Shown here piece by piece: positions 1 through 12,017 of a stretch of DNA of 64,000 nucleotides. Where the stretch lies: assembly GCA_051294375.1 (NCBI GenBank), contig CM119271.1, forward strand, positions 5,302,371 through 5,366,370, given 5' to 3'. Within the stretch, counting starts at the first letter, position 1; each line of letters opens with the position of its first letter. Below the pieces are notes generated by a model. That model saw only the letters and a list, made by a program, of their open reading frames with translations, searched no databases and was not told the DNA's origin. Source of the stretch: Paraspadella gotoi. Its lineage: Eukaryota; Animalia; Chaetognatha. Made by a program: the position numbers and the translations under genes.

Positions 1-1424
1 TGGTCGGAGATTCTGGGTAGGGCGTTGGGAAGTAAATGAGGTTGAAGTGAGGGAAACAAGAATCAGTTTAAAAGAGATTAGGATGTGATGTCACAGTGTT
101 GTATTAACTTTAGCTAAATAAAAATAAAATGAAATAATCATCTTTTCAAACTTTTTTTTAAATATTTTTTTTTAAATTCAAAATCAGGCAAAAATACTAT
201 ATCTTAAAATATTAAATGTTGTTTTTAATGCTAATGCTATTATTGTATATTATTCTATAGCTGTTAACATTGCTCATGTTAAAAAAGGTTTAAGAGATGC
301 AATCTATCATTCGACGCATTCAGAAACGTTTTACGCATCGACGAGGAACCAAGAGGGAAAAAACTGTTGGTCCGAAGATAATTTGGAGAAGGAAGANNNN
401 NNNNNNNNNNNNNNNNNNNNNNNNNNNNNNNNNNNNNNNNNNNNNNNNNNNNNNNNNNNNNNNNNNNNNNNNNNNNNNNNNNNNNNNNNNNNNNNNNNNN
501 NNNNNNNNNNNNNNNNNNNNNNNNNNNNNNNNNNNNNNNNNNNNNNNNNNNNNNNNNNNNNNNNNNNNNNNNNNNNNNNNNNNNNNNNNNNNNNNNNNNN
601 NNNNNNNNNNNNNNNNNNNNNNNNNNNNNNNNNNNNNNAAAAAAAAGAGGGAGAACGAGTCAATGCCAACTTTTTGGGGTCAAAGTTTACGCAATGAGAA
701 TCACGTGTTCAACGTTTTCAACAGGCAAATGTTTTTTTTTCTTTTTCAAAAAGCGAGAAAGTGTGGAAAAACGGGAAGCTGTCTTTTAAATATCAGTTTA
801 AATATCCAGTTAGAAATTTAGAAAACCCAATTCAGGAGGGTCTTTTTCAGGGTTTCTAAAATATAAATATCATTTTTTTCCTTTATATAAATAATCCAAG
901 TTCATTTTTTTTAAAGGTTTTAAAATAATAAACCTACTCTAATGTTGCTTTATAAAATATCATTTGGAATTGTTCTTCTTCATTATATTTGCCGTTTTTC
1001 ATAAAATCCTGTTCTTTTTTAAACTAATTTATCTTTTCCTTCTAGAATATCTTGACTTTGATTGCTCTTTTTCTTTTTTAAATATCATTTTCTCCAAATA
1101 ACTATTATTTGGGTTTTCTTTTTTAATAAATATCTTTTTGTTTTAATATATTCTCCAAATAACTTTTAATTTAAAATTTTATTGGATCAGTACGATTTTT
1201 CAAGAATCGCTAATTTCAGTTAAGTTTAAATCTAGCATCGGGAAATGTGAGATTGTCATAACTAAATAAGTCAATGAAGCTCAACCCATCAACGCAAGAA
1301 TTGATCACGTCGTTTGTCCCGCTTGTGTTGATTGGCTCTTCTCTTCTCTCTTGACCAATCAGAGATGTGGATTCCCTCACGTAATTGACGGGAAAGAGAT
1401 GAGAGTACTCGCGAGAAAGAGATG

Positions 1425-1720
1425 AGAGTACTCGCGGTGCAACTCTCGCATCGCTTTTCTCAAGTTACTTTTCGATCGGTCTGTCCCACTTACGTTAAAA
1501 ATTCTCCTCACTTGCATATAGTTGGTTGCTCATTTGTTAAGATAGGAAAAAACCTGAAATCTAAGGGACTGCTAGCTCCGTCTTCAGGAAATAAAAGACA
1601 AAAGACAAAATTCCGATGCAGTGCTTGTCATAAATACACAGAATGTTATGGTAGTCATGTAGTCATGTCGTCATGCCATCTAATGTCATGTCATGTCACA
1701 AGAAACACACCCTAAATGAC
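1425..1720 (+). mobile_element. Partial copy of Helentron/DINE-1-like non-autonomous element
   Basis: Shares GAGTACTCGCGG..CAACTCT, TCGGTCTGTCCCACTTACGTTAAAAA, TATAGTTGGTTGCTCA, CCGTCTTCAGGAAAT and (GTCAT)n blocks with copies at 3215-3655, 3865-4252 and 18870-19158. Boundaries approximate. Confidence 0.55.
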
Positions 1721-2122
1721 ATGGTTGAACACGATAGCTATTCATTTCACTTATCTAACGCTGCATCGAGCCTGGCCGACACAACGGGTGTCGGGCCCCA
1801 ACTTCACCGCACCGTCCCAACTCAACTTTGTTGGGGCAAACGTTAATTGTCCTAGCATCACACTGAATACTGGTCCCTGTCCAGAAAAGTGCCGACCAAA
1901 AAAAGCACCCGCAATGGCTTTTGTGTTAAGATGTCTATAATTGTATAATTGTTATAGAATAGATACATAATGTTCTCTTTTTTAATTTAATTCATTAAAA
2001 ATTTTCATCTCCCAGATTAACCCTCGCTTATGGGCTCTCACGAATTTTTTTCAATTTTTTTTATTATAAATAAATTGTTAAATATATATACTAGGATTAT
2101 CTATTTCTCACTCTCTCTCTCT

Positions 2123-2237
2123 TCAATACAAAATCATTGCATCCACGCTTTCATATCGGGGCAAGTATCTCCCGCCGCTGGAGGGCGAGTTGACATAGGG
2201 CCTTTGGCTCACGACGAATTCCAACTCTTCAAAATCC
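2123..2237 (-). CDS. Candidate terminal coding exon (DFEELEFVVSQRPYVNSPSSGGRYLPRYESVDAMILY*)
   Basis: Minus strand: TTTGCGTCTCAG acceptor (2238-2239), non-repetitive open frame to TGA at 2123-2125, AATAAA about 60 nt downstream (2060-2065). No homology search done. Confidence 0.45.
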
Positions 2238-3171
2238 CTGAGACGCAAANNNNNNNNNNNNNNNNNNNNNNNNNNNNNNNNNNNNNNNNNNNNNNNNNNN
2301 NNNNNNNNNNNNNNNNNNNNNNNNNNNNNNNNNNNNNNNNNNNNNNNNNNNNNNNNNNNNNNNNNNNNNNNNNNNNNNNNNNNNNNNNNNNNNNNNNNNN
2401 NNNNNNNNNNNNNNNNNNNNNNNNNNNNNNNNNNNNNNNNNNNNNNNNNNNNNNNNNNNNNNNNNNNNNNNNNNNNNNNNNNNNNNNNNNNNNNNNNNNT
2501 TTCCGCCAATAACAATCTCAACTTTACTATCACAGTCTTCTTGAATCATAACCAGTGGGTCACTCGATAAATATTTGGGTGAGGTCCGCCTTTACACCAA
2601 AGGGTGAGGTCGTTCCTCGTTCGATCCGGTCGCGCACGCCGACTCACCCGACACTTATCTCGTGAGAGAGAGAAAGAGAGAGAGACAGAGACAGAGAAAA
2701 GGAAAAACAAACAAAGAGAGAGAGAGAGAGCGATAAAAAGAAAGGCGTCTCGGGGTCAGAGTTTCGAAGAACGCTGGACGTAAAACCGATGCCCTTCGAG
2801 GTGGCGGGTCGGATGACTTTGAAGCCGAAGGACCGGCGATCGAATCCTTGCCCGAAGAAGTTTGCTTTTTTCATTCGACAATCTGTGATGTTAATTTTAG
2901 AATGACGCGACATGGGACGGTAATCGAGACAACAAACAATAACAAAATTGGAGGAAAGAAAGAGAACAGAGAGGAGAAGAACGAAGAATCGGAACGAACG
3001 AAGTCCTTGGACCGAGAAAGCGAACGACGTCGGATCGAGAAAAGCGAAAGTCTGAAGTCGAAATGAACGATGACTGTGACCGAGGAAGCGAAAGGAGATC
3101 CGCGTTCCCGTGTGGCAGGAAGGAAGGAAAGGATTAAAAAGGAAAGTTCGCCTGGCTAAATCTTAATTCGA

Positions 3172-3211
<40 letters not shown>

Positions 3212-3214
3212 GGG

Positions 3215-3655
3215 AAACAAGAATGGTAATTCCAATGCGTTGCGCAATGACTTTATTTTAATGTGTATTTCTCTTTGATCACATGACATAACANNNNNNN
3301 NNNNNNNNNNNNNNNNNNNNNNNNNNNNNNNNNNNNNNNNNNNNNNNNNNNNNNNNNNNNNNNNNNNNNNNNNNNNNNNNNNNNNNNNNNNNNNNNNNNN
3401 NNNNNNNNNNNNNNNNNNNNNNNNNNNNNNNNNNNNNNNNNNNNNNNNNNNNNNNNNNNNNNNNNNNNNNNNNNNNNNNNNNNNNNNNNNNNNNNNNNNN
3501 NNNNNNNTTTTTCTGTCTTAACATTTTTAACGTTAGTGGGACAGACCAACAGACAGACATACCGATCGACCAACCAACCGACCGACCGACCGACCGACCG
3601 ACCGACCAAAAAGTGACTTATAGAGTTGCTCCGCGAGTACTCGCGGCACAACTTA
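3215..3655 (-). mobile_element. Helentron/DINE-1-like non-autonomous element (middle in N gap)
   Basis: One end AAACAAGAATGGTAATTCC; other end (CCGA)n microsatellite, AAAAAGTGACTTATAGAGTTG and perfect palindrome CCGCGAGTACTCGCGG closed by CAACT. Confidence 0.65.
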
Positions 3656-3864
3656 AGTAAATTAAAGTAAGAAGGAAAGAAGAATTAACATCTCCAAATC
3701 AGCTTTATGTAATTTTAATTTTATGGCAGGAAAGAAGGGTAAAATGCTAAAGACTAAAGTTTAAAGGTAATTAAGAAGAATTAACATCTTTTAATTCCTT
3801 TACAATCTTAGCTTGATGAAGGGAAAAAGCAAGAGGGAAAAAAACAAGAGGAGGAAAAAGCAAA

Positions 3865-4252
3865 AAAACAAGAATGGTAATTCAAATGTGTTGCGCAGCA
3901 GTAACTGCCTTAAGATGACATGACATTATATGGCACAAAATGACATGATGTGACATGACATAACTACATGACTACAATAACTTTCTTAGCAGTGTATTTA
4001 TGACAGCCCTGGAATTAAGTCTTGTTTTTTATAGTTTTCGGATTTCCTGAAGACGGCGCTAGTAGGATTTTTCTTGCTTATCGAATGATCTTTGAGCAAC
4101 CAACTATATGCAAGTTATGAGCATTTTTAATGCAAGTTGGATAGACCGACAGACACATACCGACAGACCGATGGACCGACGGAACGACCGACAGACCGAC
4201 CAAAAAGTGACTTATAGAGTTGCTTCGCGAGTACTCGCGGCACAACTAAAAA
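3865..4252 (-). mobile_element. Helentron/DINE-1-like non-autonomous element, apparently full length
   Basis: Same two termini as 3215-3655 (AAACAAGAATGGTAATTC ... GACTTATAGAGTTGCTTCGCGAGTACTCGCGGCACAACTAAAA), internal (TGACA)n and degenerate (CCGA/CAGA)n, both ends in A runs, no TSD seen. Confidence 0.7.
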
Positions 4253-4507
4253 GAAGGCAAAAAAGAAAAAAAAGGCAAAGAGGAAATGGTAAAAGCAGAA
4301 AAAGGGAAGAAGGTAAGACGGATTAACGGCACTCNNNNNNNNNNNNNNNNNNNNNNNNNNNNNNNNNNNNNNNNNNNNNNNNNNNNNNNNNNNNNNNNNN
4401 NNNCTCTCTCTCCGCTTCCCCCAAGAACGGAGGACGACTGGTTAATAAGCCACGATTGCATTGCTACAGAACGATTGCATTTCGACGGCGACCGTGATTG
4501 TATTGCT

Positions 4508-4565
<58 letters not shown>
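4508..4565. repeat. (CCG)n trinucleotide microsatellite
   Basis: Uninterrupted CCG run; source of the poly-P/R/G ORFs. Confidence 0.95.
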
Positions 4566-5596
4566 AGAGAAATCGTGATTGAGACGGCGGAACCGAACGG
4601 AGAAAATGGCAGCGGGCGTGAAGGGGGGCGCCGATCGGGAAAGCGTGACGTCGTCGCCGTCGTTGTTGTCGTCGTTGTCGTTGTTTGCGACGTCTTTTGT
4701 CAGTCGATGTTTTCACTTTCGTTTCGATACTTTTCATTCTTATTATTTTTTTAATTACGTTAAATCATCTTTAATTTAAATTTCTTGTCGTTTATAAATC
4801 GAGATATAATATGATCATTTTACATAATAATAACATCATATAATCCACATCGATGATCCATACTGGAAATCCAAACTTCTCGGTCGCACATCACCTGCCC
4901 TCACCCAACGACCCGCCGTCTGGATTTCCTCAAAGGTGGCGGCAGTACGCGGGCGGGAGCGGCGGCGGGGGCGGCGGCGCCGNNNNNNNNNNNNNNNNNN
5001 NNNNNNNNNNNNNNNNNNNNNNNNNNNNNNNNNNNNNNNNNNNNNNNNNNNNNNNNNNNNNNNNNNNNNNNNNNNNNNNNNNNNNNNNNNNNNNNNNNNN
5101 NNAAAGAGAGAGAGAGAGAAAGAGAGAGAGGGTTGATGCTGGAGACCACGGAATTATTTCGATAGAATCACGGAATCACGTCACGTTATAAAGTAAACTC
5201 GGATAAATTGATTTTCTGTAATATACTCAATGAACGCTTACGATGATCAAAGAAAATAGAACAGGGGGAAAAAAAAGCAAACAAAAATTCTCAAAGGAAA
5301 TACCAAATAAGATTTATCAAATAGGATAGGATCAAGTAGCATTTTGAATTCCGAGTTCAAAATGACAGAATCTCGATAATGAGAAGTGAAAAACTATGGG
5401 CGACGACAGGAACGAAGAAAAAGGAATAGAAAAGTCGATAATCTGATTTGTAATATATTAAATAAGGACAAAAGGCTTCAGCGTTAATATATCGGAAAAT
5501 GCATTAATTAGTTGAAAAAAAAAACATATTGAGATGTATAATCTTTTTTGCAATGAAACCAAACAAATTAGTCTATTACATACTTTTAAACGGGTC

Positions 5597-6200
5597 TGTG
5601 ATAAGGATCTGTTTGCGACATCATGGACAAGGATAAGAAGTGATAATCATCCATTTGTGACATTATGGACGAGAATGAGAAGTGATAAGAATATGTTTGT
5701 GACAGGATGGTTGAGGATGAGAAGTTATGATCATCCATTTGTGACATTATGGACAAAAATAAAAAGTGATAAGAATCTGTTTGTGAGAATGAGGATGAGA
5801 AGTGACAATAATATATTTGTGACTTTATGGATGATGATGCGAAGTGATAAACATCTGTTCCTGACATTATAGACAAGAATGAAGAGTGATAAGGATCCGT
5901 TTGTGACATTATGGACTAATATGAGAAGTGATAATCATCCATTTATGACATTATGGACAAGAATGAGAAGTGATTATAATTCATTTGTGACATGATGGAC
6001 AAAGATGAGAAGTGATAATAATCCGTTTGTGACACGATGGACGAAGATGAGAAGTGATAATAATCCGTTTGTGACATTATGGATGAGAATGAGAAGTGAT
6101 AATAATCCGTTTGTGACATGATGGACGAAGATGAGAAGTGATAATAATCCGTTTGTGATATTATGGACGAGAATGAGAAGTGATAAGAATCCGTTCGTGA
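5597..6200. repeat. 42-bp minisatellite, about 14 units
   Basis: ATCCGTT motif recurs at 6021, 6063, 6105, 6147, 6189 (period 42); consensus ~ATCCGTTTGTGACATTATGGACGAGAATGAGAAGTGATAATA. Confidence 0.95.
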
Positions 6201-6354
6201 AATGAGAGGCGGAAATGGGAAGCAAATCGAAAGGAGAGAGAAATTTTATTAGCGTCCAAGGAGGAAATAATGTGGCGGGCGATTTGGAAAAGAAAATGGG
6301 GATCGTAATTTGGAGAGTGGAGAGGGGTGGCGGAACGAGAGGGGTACAAAGAAA

Positions 6355-6400
6355 TGAATCATTCAATCAATTAATCAATCAATCAATTGATTAATCAGTC

Positions 6401-6443
<43 letters not shown>

Positions 6444-6485
6444 CATTCATTCATTCATTCATTCATTCATTCATTCATTCATTCA
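6355..6485. repeat. Compound (AATC)n/(ATTG)n/(ATTC)n microsatellite
   Basis: Directly visible tetranucleotide runs. Confidence 0.9.
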
Positions 6486-8167
6486 CTCCATCTTTTTATA
6501 AGCACAAAAAATAAAACTAAGTGAGAGAGCTGTGGAATCGTTTTAACAGTCAGAATTCTGAAAAAGAAAAAAAGGAAGAGGAAAAAGAAGAGGAAGAAGA
6601 AAGGAAAGAAGAACGGGACGAAGAAGAGGAAGAGGAAGAAGAAAAGAAAAAGGAAAAAAAAGAGGAAAAAGAAAAGACAGAAAAGAGGACTAAGAAGAGG
6701 AGAAAGAAAAGAAAATGAAGAGGAAGAAGAAAGGAAAGAAGAATAGGACAAAGAAGAGGAAGAGGAAGAAGAAAAAAAAGAAGAGGAAGAGGAAGAGGAA
6801 GAGGAAAAAGAAAAGAAAGAAGAAGAGAACAAAAAGATGAAGAGGAAAAAGAAAAGAAAGAAGAAGAGGACAAAAAAGAGGAAGAGGAAAAAGAAAAGAA
6901 AGAAGAAGAGGAAGAGGAAGCAGTCGAAATCACGAGAGTTGGAGGGAAAGAAGAAAATCGATCCGAGGTCAAAAGAAAGATGGCGTAATGGAAGAGAGGC
7001 AAAACGAGAGCGAGAGAAAAGAGCNNNNNNNNNNNNNNNNNNNNNNNNNCGACGACGGACGAATACACAACGACGACGACCATCCGACGACAAACAACGA
7101 AAAGGAATAAGAATAAAACCGCGTCGCACGCACATTAAAACTTCGCGACGCCAACAAAAAAAACAAACAAAAAAACAAAACAAAAAAACAAAACAGAAAA
7201 AAAAACCCGTTCGGCCTTTCAGCACTGACGCTACGCGCTACAACGGCTTAACGCTTATGGAAAAACTATGCGCTACGCGCAGCGTTTTCTCGTTGCTGCG
7301 TGTTTTTGGAGATTTTGCTGCTCGTGCTCGCCAAAAACTTTGTCACAACATCACAGGTAGTCACGGAGGATGGAGAAGGTGAGAAAGGGGGGGAGGTGAT
7401 CGGGGGGGGAGAGGAAGATAGAAAGAAACAGAGTGACTGAGCAGTCAACGAGGGACAGATTAAATGAAAGAAAGACGGACAGAAAAAACAGACAGACAGA
7501 GAGAGAAATAGAGAAAGGGAGGCGGGTTCATCACTCTGTCTCTATTCCTCGGACTTCGCAAACTCTCCTCTCCTCTTCCCTCTCTTCCCTCTCTTCCCTC
7601 TCCCCTCCCTTCTTCCCCTCTCTTTCATTCTTTTCTTTCTCTTCCCCTCTTCCTTCCTTTCTTCTCTCCCTCTTCTCCCTCTCTTCCCTCTCCTTCCCCT
7701 CTTCTCCATTTTCTCTCCTCTGCCTCCCTCTCTTCCCTTCTGCCTCTCTCTCTTCCCCTCTCCTCCCTCACTTCCCTCTCCCCCCTCTCTCCTCCCTCTC
7801 TTCCCCTCTTTTCCCCCTCCACGCTTCCCTTCCTGCCTCCCTCTCTTCCTCTCTCTTCCTTCCTCCTTCTCCCGCTCTCCTTCTCCCCTCCCCCCCTTCC
7901 ATCCCGTTTCGTTGACCCTCAATTACTACTTGCGCCAAAATAGGTTTTCCGGCAATTTATCTCTTGTTTGTTCGCACGGGAAAAAAAGGAGAGAAGAAAC
8001 CGATTTGTCGTGCGTCGGTCGTTGCGTCGGTCGTCCCGTTTCGCTGTCGTCATCGTTTGTCGTCGATTCTTTCTTGAAGTCAAACTGTTTGTTTCTCTTT
8101 TCTCTTCTTTGTTTTGTGGAGACGGCAGAGGCGTCGGCGAAGGTTTTTTGCTATTTTTATATTTGCG

Positions 8168-8460
8168 CTTTTTTAGTTGCGGCCGCGAATACTCGCGAAC
8201 AGCCTCTATAAGTCATTTTCGGTCGGTCGGTGGCGGTCGGTCGTTCCGTCTGTCCGTCGGTTTGTCCCACTTAGTTAAAAAACGCTTATAACTTTGCTTA
8301 TAGTTTGTTGCTCATTTGTTAAAACTCAAATCTAATGACTACTGGCGCCGCCTTTTGTTTTTAAAAGAAATCTTATAAAACTATCAGGAATAAATGACAT
8401 GATAAATAAAAAGAACAAGTTAATGCGGCACAACACCCTTGGAATACCGTTCTTGTTTTT
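8168..8460 (+). mobile_element. Helentron-like element (mirror image of 18870-19158)
   Basis: TTTTTAGTTGCGGCCGCGAATACTCGCG...CTCTATAAGTCA, (GGTC)n, ends GGAATACCGTTCTTGTTTT. Confidence 0.6.
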
Positions 8461-9160
8461 TATCTTAACTAACCAAGGGTTTTTCAGAATCTGATATATC
8501 TATTATAATCTTATTATGTTAAGTCTCTTAATATATTTATTATCTATTATATATAACTATTAGTTGTTAAGATTAGGGATGACATCGATCACGATAATGC
8601 ATCAATCAGAAAAATGTTTCGCAAGTTCTGCGATTGAGGCGGGAAAAATTTATTTTCTTTAAAGCAATTTTGATAGTTTTTGATGTACAACTCAATTTGA
8701 TTGAAAAAATGAAAAATCATAATATGTTATCTTAATGCTTTATTATTCTTATAGCTATAAGACCCAAAAAAAAAATATCAACGGAGGATTTATTAATTTT
8801 AATAAATAAAAAAACCGTCAACCTCCAAAGGCTCCGCTAATCCTTACTAAACTTTAAACGGGCAACGGGGACCTTCGCGACCGCGACGGGGCCGAGACGG
8901 GTTTCCTGCGTAAAAACATCGTATCTAAATGATTTCCTTCGAGAATCGAATTCGATTACGGATTCGTTCGTTAAGCGATACAAAGTTGATATTGGAGACT
9001 CCATGTTTATAAAACTTAAGTTTAATTTTAGGTGGTGAAGCTGTAAATTAATTAGTTTAAAAAAAAAACAAAACCAAAAAAAACCCACTTAATTGACAAC
9101 TTTAAAAACTGAACTCGAATAACCATTTTTCCTTTACGCCGCCGTCCATCTCATCCTCAG

Positions 9161-10753
9161 TCTGGTCAACGCTCAGGAACGCGTTTTACCCATAACTACA
9201 TCCTCATCCTCCTCGCCTCCTCCTGCCTCCTCCTCCAAAAAATGGACGCCCGGTCGGACTCGAACTCGGCACGACGACGGCGCCGCTCCTACGGCGATTC
9301 GGCGTCCGATTCCGTGCGCCGCCCTCGGCGCGCACCTTCGAGCCCCACGCGGCCGTCGTTCGACGCGGAATCGGCCGGCGCGGGCGTCCGTGCGGCGGCG
9401 CCATGGACGCCGCTGACGAGAAAAGATGGTGTTCCAGTCGGGCGCCACCGTCGAGTTCCATTGCGTCTCCAAGCGACCGGCGATTTGGATGAACATCGGA
9501 GCACCAATCAGGTCTTGGGGAAATGGCGGTCGAGAAGTGGCATGGGAAGTGGCAGAAGCTAGCAGTGCAAAGTGCGAGATGAGCAGTGGGGTTGTCGCGG
9601 GAGAAGTTTGAAACTTTTGAGAGTGCGGGATGTCTGTAGGGTATTGAATAATTTTGATGATTGGAGATTACGAATATTAAGCGCAGAACTATTTTAATTT
9701 CCAGAGATTTCTCTGATTATGACGAGAAGCAATAGTATTTTAAGGAAAAATGACATCTATCATTTGTATAATTCACTTATTCTATATCAAGTTTTTTAAA
9801 TATAAAATTACTCTCTCCCAAAATAATTTAGGATTTAACAGCTTAAACGAAATTTTTTTAAAATAAATAGGTAAAAATTTTCTTTTTGGTAAAAAACTAT
9901 GAAAATTTCTCTTTGAAAACTAACAAAAACCTCCTCGAATGAAACGCAACGTTTTTTAGTAAATCTTTTTTTCAATAATAAACAAATCGTTAAAAAAGAT
10001 TTCGAGATAAAAGGCCAAAAAGATAGGAAATCGCTGCCCAGAGAAATTATGGCGGTAAACCCGAGTAAATATTGGAAAGAAGGTAAGGAAAAGGAAAGGT
10101 GAGGAAAGGAAAAAAAAGAAAAAGAAGGCGAGAAATATCGGAATATTTATGTCCTCTATCTTCCTCTCACCTCCCCTCTCCCATCCCCTTTCTTGCCTCG
10201 CCTCTCTCCCCCCTTGCATCTCTCGCCTTCTCCTCCCAGCTCTCTCTCCCCTCCCTCTCCTCTCGCTCCCGCCTCCCTCTCTGTCTCTAGTGTTGTCTTT
10301 CGGTTTCAGAGGCTTTCCGATGCATGACGATCGATCTTCTTAAATTCGGATTTTAATCATCATCAAAGAGGATGTCCATACACCATGGGTCATCAGGAGG
10401 TCTGGAAAATGCCGATTTTTTTTTGTTGCTCGGCGAAAAGGGAGACCCTTTTTTTCGGGTTTTTTTTTTTGTTGTCGTTGCTGTTGTTCTTTGTTCATTT
10501 TTAGTATAAAAGTTTACCGATCGTAAAACGTATCACAGATGGCATTTCAAATAAATCGGTGTTTTTTTTTTTCAGTCACTTTAACCTCATTCCCTCCCTT
10601 AAATATTTTAACACCGCTAGCCCCAACCCTCCTGCCCCTCACACGAAGCAGGGCGGAACTCCAACGAACGGCGGGCGAGTATCGTGTTGGGCAACATCCT
10701 CAACATTACGCTCGTCGTTCCTACCAGTCTCAAGTGCAGCCAAGATGGATCAG
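9161..10753 (+). other. Frameshifted mirror copy of the Ig-domain exons (likely artefact, not a second gene)
   Basis: Same three exons as 16672-18189 in reverse complement (GATVEFHCVSKRPAIWM visible in ORF 9426-9611) but broken by indels. Confidence 0.7.
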
Positions 10754-11594
10754 GTGAGCTTACCGCTTTTTTTCGGATTATTTCTTTTAATTCTTGTTTA
10801 TTCATTTATTATTTAATTCATTTCATGGTTGTTATTGTTTATCAGTTTTTTTTTCTATAGACAAATAAAGCAAGATAAGTGCTTTTTGGTGGAAAATAAC
10901 GTCCGCTTTGCAGCCTGTTAAAGTTAAAGCAATCACACTCCTATCCAGATTTAAATTAAATCAGATGCAGGCGATCCCGGAGAGCTCAAAGTCGTTCAAA
11001 ACCGTTTGATTCTGTTTTCATTCGACGAATTTGTCTACCCATTTCGGCCTGAGAGGCTCACAAATTAAAACCGCGGATCATTAACGACAAGTTCAGAAGC
11101 GCGGAAGATATAATTTCGACCCGTCAATTGGCGCGCAATCGTCTGCTGGGGGGAGAGAGAAAAAAAATCGACGCATGCGCAGAGAAATTGTCTTCGGTAC
11201 AAATAAACTTTATCGGCGCCGCGAGTTCCGCTTTGAGAATTTGGACGGAGAAGCAGTGGGGCGTCGCGCGAAACGTAGAACGAAAGAATCGTTTGAACGA
11301 AAGTGCATTCGGAGATCTGGTCGCGCGAAGGAGAATGGGATTGGAATGGGAGAACGCATTGGAAGAACAATAAAAAAAAAACAAAAGGAGTTAACATTGT
11401 AGTACCTAATGCTATTCTAGAGTAATGCTTTAATGATTCTGAATTTATAAACCTTTGCAAGAGTAATCTGAAAAACTGCAAGGACCCCCATCTTTTGACC
11501 AGAGCTGGCGGCAAATTAAAACGCCAACTCCGCCAGAAAACGAGAGAGAGAGAGAGAGAGAGAGAAGGAAGAGAGAGAGAGAGAGAGAGAGAGC

Positions 11595-11626
<32 letters not shown>

Positions 11627-11971
11627 GAGATCTCCATCGCCATTTATATTTCACGCGTTTCCGGTCTTTCGATCTCTCGTTCGCCCCAAACCAACCGCAG
11701 ATCCCATCTTTCTCTCTCGTCTTCTCTCTACTCCTCTCCTCATCTCTCTCTCTCTGTCTCTCTCTCCTGTCTCTCTTTCTCTCTTCACCGTCTTGGGAGA
11801 GAAAAAAAATCGATAAAACGGTTGAAAGATTTCTCGAAACAACTCTCTTTCCTTCGCTTTTCTTTCTTTTCTTTCTTTCTTTTCTTTCTTTTCTTTTCTT
11901 TTATTTAACTTTTTTTCTCTTTAGTTTTTTCTTTTCTAATTTTTTTTCTTTTCTTGTCTGGTCTGTCTGTC

Positions 11972-12017
<46 letters not shown>

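Noticed and set aside
5597-6200. CRISPR-like regularly spaced array
   Set aside because: The whole 42-bp unit repeats, with no unique spacers and no cas genes; eukaryotic context.
9195-9240. (CTC)n read as a poly-Leu signal peptide
   Set aside because: In the cleaner copy (18119-18150) the repeat is in the poly-Ser frame of the open exon.
9161-10753. Second, plus-strand Ig paralogue or pseudogene
   Set aside because: Lies in the indel-rich mirror arm; introns match as well as exons, so it is most likely the same locus read twice.
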